From Sediminibacterium sp. (GTDB lineage: Bacteria > Bacteroidota > Bacteroidia > Chitinophagales > Chitinophagaceae), in the NCBI GenBank assembly GCA_044372715.1, contig JBILRH010000001.1, forward strand, positions 850-64,849: a DNA stretch of 64,000 bases. Direction: 5' to 3'. Positions 58,260 to 64,000 of the stretch are shown here, in pieces; the stretch's first letter is position 1, and every line of letters starts with the position of its first letter. The position numbers and the translations under genes were made by a program. The notes under the pieces were generated by a model. That model was not told the origin of the DNA. It worked only from the letters and a program-made list of their open reading frames with translations, and ran no database searches.

Positions 58260-60560
58260 TTAATTCAAAACATCATTTAATTCGTTGTTATTCCTATCTG
58301 GCGGGTCTATACCTAATAAACTTTTTACAAAAAAATCACGTTTTTTCGCTCTTCCATAAGGTCCCCCATCTCCGTGTCCCATTCCTGGTACAGACAAAAA
58401 GTCAAATGTTTTTTTCGCTTTAATTAATGCATCTGCTACTCTGTAGGTAGACTCAGGCGGAACGTTCTGGTCTGCTTCTCCTACAATCAACAGTAATTTT
58501 CCTCTTAACTTATTTGCATTGGTAATATTAGATTGTTCATCGTAATGTTTTCCTACCGGGTACCCCATCCATTGTTCATTCCACCATTGCTTATCAATTC
58601 TATTATCATGGCAACCACATGCCGAAACAGCTGCTTTATACCATTGAGGATGAAATAGTAAACCACCCAATGAATTTTGCCCGCCAGCAGATGTACCATA
58701 TAACCCAATCCTGGTTGTATCTGCTTGAGGATACTTTTTAGCAAGCGCCCTCATCCATAAGATACGGTCTGGGAAACCAGCGTCTCCTAAGTTTTTCCAA
58801 CATACATCATGAAATGCTTTTGAGCGATTATATGTACCCATCCCGTCTATCTGTACTACAATAAATCCAAGTTCTGCCATGCTTTGCATTTCACCAGTAG
58901 CAGAAAAGTTTTTAGGAACAAAAGAATCTTGAGGACCTGCATAAATGTTTTCAATTATCGGATATTTTTTAGCTGGATCAAAATCAGTAGGTCTAAATAC
59001 GATACCCCAAATATCCGTTACGCCATCGCGGCCTTTTGAATGAAAAACCTCAGGCAATTTAAATCCTGCTTTAACAAATCTTGTAATATCAGCAGATTCA
59101 ATGTCTAATACTTTTTCTCCATTGGAAGTTCTTCCTACAATAGATACAGTTGGCTTTTCTGGAGTTGAATAACTATCTAAGTAAAATTGTTTATCCGGTG
59201 AGAAAACGAGTCTGTGATTATATCCTGGCTCAGTTAAACGAATAAGATTTTTCCCATCAAAGCCAATACGGTAATAATGAATATTATAAGGATCTTCTCC
59301 TGCATTCATTCCACTTGCCTGAAACCATATTTCTCTTTTAATTAAATCAACACTATCGATAGTTCTAACTACCCAATCTCCTTTGGTTACCTGATTTTTA
59401 ACAGTGCCGCTTTTCGAATCCACTAAATAAATATGTCGCCAACCATCTTTTTCGGTAATCCATACAATTTCAGCAGTAGCAGGCAAATAATGTGTAAATA
59501 TTTTTTGTTCGTAAATAAATGTATTGGTTTTTTCATCAACTATATTTCTCGTACTTCCGTTATTCATATTTACTTCAATAATCCTAAATCTTTGATGTCC
59601 ACGATCAACACGTTCAAATAAAAAGTGCTCATTATCTCCCTCATTCCAACGTATACGAGGTGCGTCGAAAAAATCAATTAGATCTGTATTCACTTTTGTA
59701 AGAGATTTATCGGCTACTTTAATAGTATACATTTCATAAGTAGAAAAATCATCTCCTGGTTGTTTATAATTTTGTTGCTTTAGTTCTCCACGTGTTGTAC
59801 CTGGTATTGATGTGGCAATAAAATATACTGGCTTATCAATTACTCGTTTAGTTTTATAAGCAATGAGGTAACGGCTATCTGGCGACCAGCTTACATCTCC
59901 ATATGGCAGTTCTTTAGTTCCATCTGTAGTATATGCAATTGATTCTCCACCACCGATAGGCTCTATAAAAATATTATTATCTTTCAAACTAAAGCTCCAT
60001 TTTTTATCAGGTGATATTCGCTCAGTTCTCCCCCTTTGCCAACGACCTGCCGTTCTTGTTAAACCCGGATAAACTGTTTTGTCTATTGGCAAACTGTCGA
60101 TTTTTGTAAGCTTATAATTAGTAAGATCAACATCATAAAATAAAGCACGTGTTGCAATAGCTATTTTTCCACCTTCAGGATAAACAAATAAATCTCTAAT
60201 AGGTAGTCTATTGGCGTTAACAGGTATTCCTGTTATAGCAGTAAGAGAATGCGCCATTTTTGTAACATCAAACAACAATCTTTTAATTTTTTTAGAAGGG
60301 TCTACATATATATATTCAGACATGCTATCTGGTAAAGCATTTCGATACCAAAAAGAAGAGGACCCCGTCCAACCCGGTATAACAGTAGATTTAAAAACTG
60401 TGCGCTTTGCTAAACTATCTCTTTCCTCTGCAGCTTTATATCGCTTCATCATTTGTTCCCTGTTCGGAGAAAACGGAGTGATCAGTTTTTTCTGTGCAAC
60501 CAATTCATTTGAGCTTGTAGCAAAGACCAATACCAAAAGAAATAATGAAACTGATTTCAT
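58260..60560 (-). CDS. S9 (DPP-IV/prolyl oligopeptidase family) peptidase, secreted
   Basis: DPPIV_N propeller (EKDGWRHIY), YAGPQ, catalytic GTSAGG / DQNV / GMGH. Confidence 0.88.
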   Translation of the reverse strand: MKSVSLFLLVLVFATSSNELVAQKKLITPFSPNREQMMKRYKAAEERDSLAKRTVFKSTVIPGWTGSSSFWYRNALPDSMSEYIYVDPSKKIKRLLFDVTKMAHSLTAITGIPVNANRLPIRDLFVYPEGGKIAIATRALFYDVDLTNYKLTKIDSLPIDKTVYPGLTRTAGRWQRGRTERISPDKKWSFSLKDNNIFIEPIGGGESIAYTTDGTKELPYGDVSWSPDSRYLIAYKTKRVIDKPVYFIATSIPGTTRGELKQQNYKQPGDDFSTYEMYTIKVADKSLTKVNTDLIDFFDAPRIRWNEGDNEHFLFERVDRGHQRFRIIEVNMNNGSTRNIVDEKTNTFIYEQKIFTHYLPATAEIVWITEKDGWRHIYLVDSKSGTVKNQVTKGDWVVRTIDSVDLIKREIWFQASGMNAGEDPYNIHYYRIGFDGKNLIRLTEPGYNHRLVFSPDKQFYLDSYSTPEKPTVSIVGRTSNGEKVLDIESADITRFVKAGFKLPEVFHSKGRDGVTDIWGIVFRPTDFDPAKKYPIIENIYAGPQDSFVPKNFSATGEMQSMAELGFIVVQIDGMGTYNRSKAFHDVCWKNLGDAGFPDRILWMRALAKKYPQADTTRIGLYGTSAGGQNSLGGLLFHPQWYKAAVSACGCHDNRIDKQWWNEQWMGYPVGKHYDEQSNITNANKLRGKLLLIVGEADQNVPPESTYRVADALIKAKKTFDFLSVPGMGHGDGGPYGRAKKRDFFVKSLLGIDPPDRNNNELNDVLN

Positions 60561-60591
60561 ACGGTTTGCAAAGTTTTGAGAAGGTTAATGA

Positions 60592-63150
60592 TTATTTCGT
60601 TTTTATTCTTAATACCGTTACTGCATATTTAGGAAAAGTATACTGAATGGATTTATCCTTTATACCAGAAATTGTAGATTGAACTGGAATATATTTTTGA
60701 GGTTCCTTAAAAGTATTTTCTACATCTAAGGAAGGAGAAGATAAAGTATATGAAATACCTGATGGTAAAAAGCTTTTCGTGCCAGTAAGTTCAATATCCG
60801 TGGTATAATCTTCATCTGCTACATTTACTGCTTTAATTATTAGATCACCATTATCCGAATCTTCACCCGCCAACATCAAAAATTTATTCGGGTCATTATA
60901 GGAAATCAATAATTGATCATCAAGGTAACAATCCACTTTCTCCAATCCAACTTCCAATCTTATATTATACCATCTCCCAGTCTCAATCGGCTTCGCCAAT
61001 CTTTTAACTGGAGAAACATTCGATACAGATTCATCCATCACTAATTCAAACATCGAACTATTATTAACAAGTCCACCAATATGTGCACGCATCATCGAAC
61101 GTAGCCCATTCACCGCGAAAGGAATGATGAATGCATTGGTGCCAGATAATTTTCGTGCTTTTAATTTCAGTGTATAGGTTTCAAAAGATTTATCTTTTAA
61201 GATCATTAATCTTTGAGCGCCTTGAACAGTTTGTGCCATCGCACTGTCCTGCACTTTCCAGTTTCCTCGTATTGACTGCCATTCATCAAGTCGATTTATA
61301 AAATCACTTTTATACACCACTTTACCATTTTCTGACACTTCAATATCCTTGTATTCTGTCTGTGTATCCCATGTTGCAAGTCCAATACTTCCTTTGTTGC
61401 GCGGCTTTGGAGTAAGATTTGGTAAGATCTTTAATTGAGCATTTAGATTATTATCTGAGCGATGTTCATTTAGCATCTGAATAGTATAGTAGGAAATGCG
61501 TGCAAAACTACTATCCGATTTAAATTTAATCAGGTTTACTGGCCAATGCCTAGTATTCACATTTTCGAATAAAGGCGCATAGCTCGACATTTTAATTAGA
61601 TCACCATTATTTTCCATTCCGAAGATATATGCTGCGTCATTCAATGCAGCCAACATATTGCCATTTCCTACACCTGCATTCGTAGCATATTCGCCAACAT
61701 ATACTTCATAATCACCTCGTTTATAATTATCAAAATGATTATAATTGTTGAATGACCAAAATGCTCCTTTATATGCATGCTCATCGGCCATATCAGTTAC
61801 CTTAATACTATCAAGCGTTCGTTTATTGATGTCGCCAATACCCATACTTGAAATAATTTTCAATGCCGGATACTTACTCTTTATAGCACTATGAAAACGA
61901 TTGTATCTTTTAGCATACCATACTCCATGTTGCTCATTACCAACTTCAATATATTTTAATGGAAAAGGTTTAGGATGTCCGTTTGCGGCTCTCAATTTAC
62001 CCCACTTACTAGTAGTAGGGCCAACTGCATACTCAATTGCATCAAGTACATCATCTATTACTGGTTGAAGATCTTCTTCATTGATAAATGTTCCACTTCT
62101 AAACTCACAGGATACACCTGCATTAAAAACATAGAGTGCTTCTGAACCAATATCTTCACAAAATTGAAGATATTCATGATAGCCAAAACCATCACTCGAC
62201 CAATATCCCCATACACTAAATGTACCGGGACGATTTTCTAGATTACCTATGGATGTTTTCCAATTAGGAGCACTTTCTACATTAATACCTTCTACAAAAC
62301 ATCCCCCAGGCCATCTAACAAATGCAGGTTTTAAATTGGCGAGGTATTGACCCAAATCGGCTCTTACCCCATTTTTACGATTCTTAAATGTTTTTCGTGG
62401 AAACAATGAAACGAAATCGAACCAAATATTTCCTGTAGCATCAAATGAAAATGCAAAACGAGCTTTACCATCTGTTGCTTTTGGAACAAAGCTGCAACTG
62501 TATTTTTTCCAATTACCACTATTAACCGACTTAAAACTATGCTTAGCAAGAATTGAACCATCCTGGGCTAAAAGCGCAACTGATAATGAGCCATTGTATG
62601 AATTATCAGAATGTGCATAGAAACTCAAATCATAGGTTTCTCCTTTTTGTGCATTGATTCCCCAAAAGCCCTCATTGATAAAATAATTATTTCCTTCTGT
62701 AGCTAGTTTTTTTACTGTAAGAGCCGCTGCTTGAGGCGACGCTTCGGAAAGTGGATTTTTTTTATCGAGAGTCAGTTCAATTTCAGCATCTTTTCCGGTT
62801 TCCAATTTCCAATAAGGAAATTCGGTTTTGCTGGTCCATGGTAGTCGAAAATTACTTGCACGTCCGTTTAAATTATAATGAGGCTTATTAGTTGGATTAG
62901 GATTTAACATTCCATTTTCAACAACAGATCCTGGAGGGATTCTGCTTTCTTCAAAACCTCGATTCTGAATTAATTCAGCATACAATCCACCTTCGCCACC
63001 ATGACTTATTTCTTCAAAAAAAATTCCATGAAGATTGGGAGAAACCGTATTCTTTATTTTATCGCTTTCTATCTTAAACACAGCTCTTTGTTGTGCAATC
63101 ACGGCAATTGATGCGCTAAAGAAAATGAATAAAAAAGTTAAACGATACAT
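60592..63150 (-). CDS. GH51 alpha-L-arabinofuranosidase with ConA-like insert
   Basis: GIFFEEI, GGLYAELIQNRGFE, RWPGGC, VGNEQ, DEHAY, GEYA, SYAPLF. Confidence 0.9.
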   Translation of the reverse strand: MYRLTFLFIFFSASIAVIAQQRAVFKIESDKIKNTVSPNLHGIFFEEISHGGEGGLYAELIQNRGFEESRIPPGSVVENGMLNPNPTNKPHYNLNGRASNFRLPWTSKTEFPYWKLETGKDAEIELTLDKKNPLSEASPQAAALTVKKLATEGNNYFINEGFWGINAQKGETYDLSFYAHSDNSYNGSLSVALLAQDGSILAKHSFKSVNSGNWKKYSCSFVPKATDGKARFAFSFDATGNIWFDFVSLFPRKTFKNRKNGVRADLGQYLANLKPAFVRWPGGCFVEGINVESAPNWKTSIGNLENRPGTFSVWGYWSSDGFGYHEYLQFCEDIGSEALYVFNAGVSCEFRSGTFINEEDLQPVIDDVLDAIEYAVGPTTSKWGKLRAANGHPKPFPLKYIEVGNEQHGVWYAKRYNRFHSAIKSKYPALKIISSMGIGDINKRTLDSIKVTDMADEHAYKGAFWSFNNYNHFDNYKRGDYEVYVGEYATNAGVGNGNMLAALNDAAYIFGMENNGDLIKMSSYAPLFENVNTRHWPVNLIKFKSDSSFARISYYTIQMLNEHRSDNNLNAQLKILPNLTPKPRNKGSIGLATWDTQTEYKDIEVSENGKVVYKSDFINRLDEWQSIRGNWKVQDSAMAQTVQGAQRLMILKDKSFETYTLKLKARKLSGTNAFIIPFAVNGLRSMMRAHIGGLVNNSSMFELVMDESVSNVSPVKRLAKPIETGRWYNIRLEVGLEKVDCYLDDQLLISYNDPNKFLMLAGEDSDNGDLIIKAVNVADEDYTTDIELTGTKSFLPSGISYTLSSPSLDVENTFKEPQKYIPVQSTISGIKDKSIQYTFPKYAVTVLRIKTK

Positions 63151-63173
63151 TATGATTATCTATTCAAATTAGT

Positions 63174-64000
63174 TTACTTAATAATCCATTCATGTACACC
63201 TGTTGCATGATTCTTTGGAAGTTTAATTTCCATTCGAATAGAAGATGTTTTAACTGGTTCAAATTTTACCACATCATACTTGTCTTTTACAGGCATATAA
63301 GGAGTGATGTTTTTTACAGGCACCCATTTATCTCCATCTTTATAAAGTATCCTTGCCGAGGCTGGGATTCTACATCCCCCGAACGGACTATCATCGTACC
63401 AATAAACACTTGATTCAGAAATCGTTTTTTCACTATCAAAATCATATTGTATCCACTCATCAGTATCTTTCTTAGGCCACCAATGCAAGTATAGAGCAGA
63501 TTTATCTTCGGAACTAGCAGGTTCAAACTGATCATTTAATGAAGCCAGCATTCTTTTATTACTAATTGAAGCAGACACTGTACTTTTCGAAGCAATTGTT
63601 GCGGCGGCGCGTGGTCTTGCAGCAGATTCTTCAAATGGAATCCAGACAACCATTTCAGAAGGGCCACGATTACTCCATGAATAGTAAGGAATTGCAGTGG
63701 CTTGCACATTGGTTTTTAGTAAATCAGTACGCTCAACTTGTCTAGTTGTTGCACTACCTTCTCCGGTAAGTGTTATCACTCCATTCATCAATTGTTTTTC
63801 ATAACTCTCTTTTACTGTAACCTGTTGATTCATTACAATATTTTGCACTACACCATCTTTATTATCTGGGCCTTCTAGGCAATATACCAATGGCCCTTTT
63901 TGAAATGCAAATTTGCCTATATCATCTTTCACTTTTTCGTTAGCCAATACTTTTTCTACTTCCATAGGAAGATCCATTTCAACAACATCACCTTTATTCC
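63174..64000 (-). CDS. GH127-type beta-L-arabinofuranosidase, C-terminal part + discoidin-like domain (5'-partial)
   Basis: Frame open to the window edge (WNKGDVVEMDLPM), GPLVYCLE, AIPYYSWSNRG..EMVVWI; the catalytic domain lies outside the window. Confidence 0.8.
   Translation of the reverse strand, partial: NKGDVVEMDLPMEVEKVLANEKVKDDIGKFAFQKGPLVYCLEGPDNKDGVVQNIVMNQQVTVKESYEKQLMNGVITLTGEGSATTRQVERTDLLKTNVQATAIPYYSWSNRGPSEMVVWIPFEESAARPRAAATIASKSTVSASISNKRMLASLNDQFEPASSEDKSALYLHWWPKKDTDEWIQYDFDSEKTISESSVYWYDDSPFGGCRIPASARILYKDGDKWVPVKNITPYMPVKDKYDVVKFEPVKTSSIRMEIKLPKNHATGVHEWIIK

Noticed and set aside
541-63535. Many 60-120 aa ORFs antisense to or nested in long genes (e.g. 16587-16883, 37978-38313, 60211-60579)
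   Set aside because: Shadow ORFs of well-supported CDSs, with no independent motifs.
8025-64000. Active integrative element or prophage at tRNA-Leu
   Set aside because: No integrase, transposase, phage or conjugation genes in the ORF track, and no att repeat noticed (not searched exhaustively).

Overview
AT-rich Bacteroidota DNA, probably Chitinophagaceae (inferred from SusC/SusD pairs, TAnnTTTG -7 promoter boxes and gene content). Bases 1-8 kb are housekeeping: an FNR-like oxidoreductase, glyQS, a MazG-like protein, dtd, arfB, a flippase, GAF/fRMsr, a DEAD-box helicase and tRNA-Leu(TAG). This part also holds a 16-unit heptamer array and an unannotated ~340-nt rod-like fold-back (5900-6241) upstream of the helicase. 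From the tRNA to the window end (~56 kb, continuing beyond) lies a catabolic super-locus. It has two SusC/SusD pairs, four beta-L-arabinofuranosidase-type enzymes (GH146-like, GH142-like, 2x GH127), GH43, GH51, GH27, GH97, GH31 and DUF5695. It also has five peptidases or peptidase-like proteins (one resembling Pro-Pro endopeptidases), an amino-acid permease, a 7-CxxCH cytochrome and a complete AraC-linked 4-hydroxyproline catabolic operon. Together these suggest a dedicated hydroxyproline-rich glycoprotein (extensin or green-algal wall) utilisation system. All family calls come from reading motifs by eye; no database searches were run.
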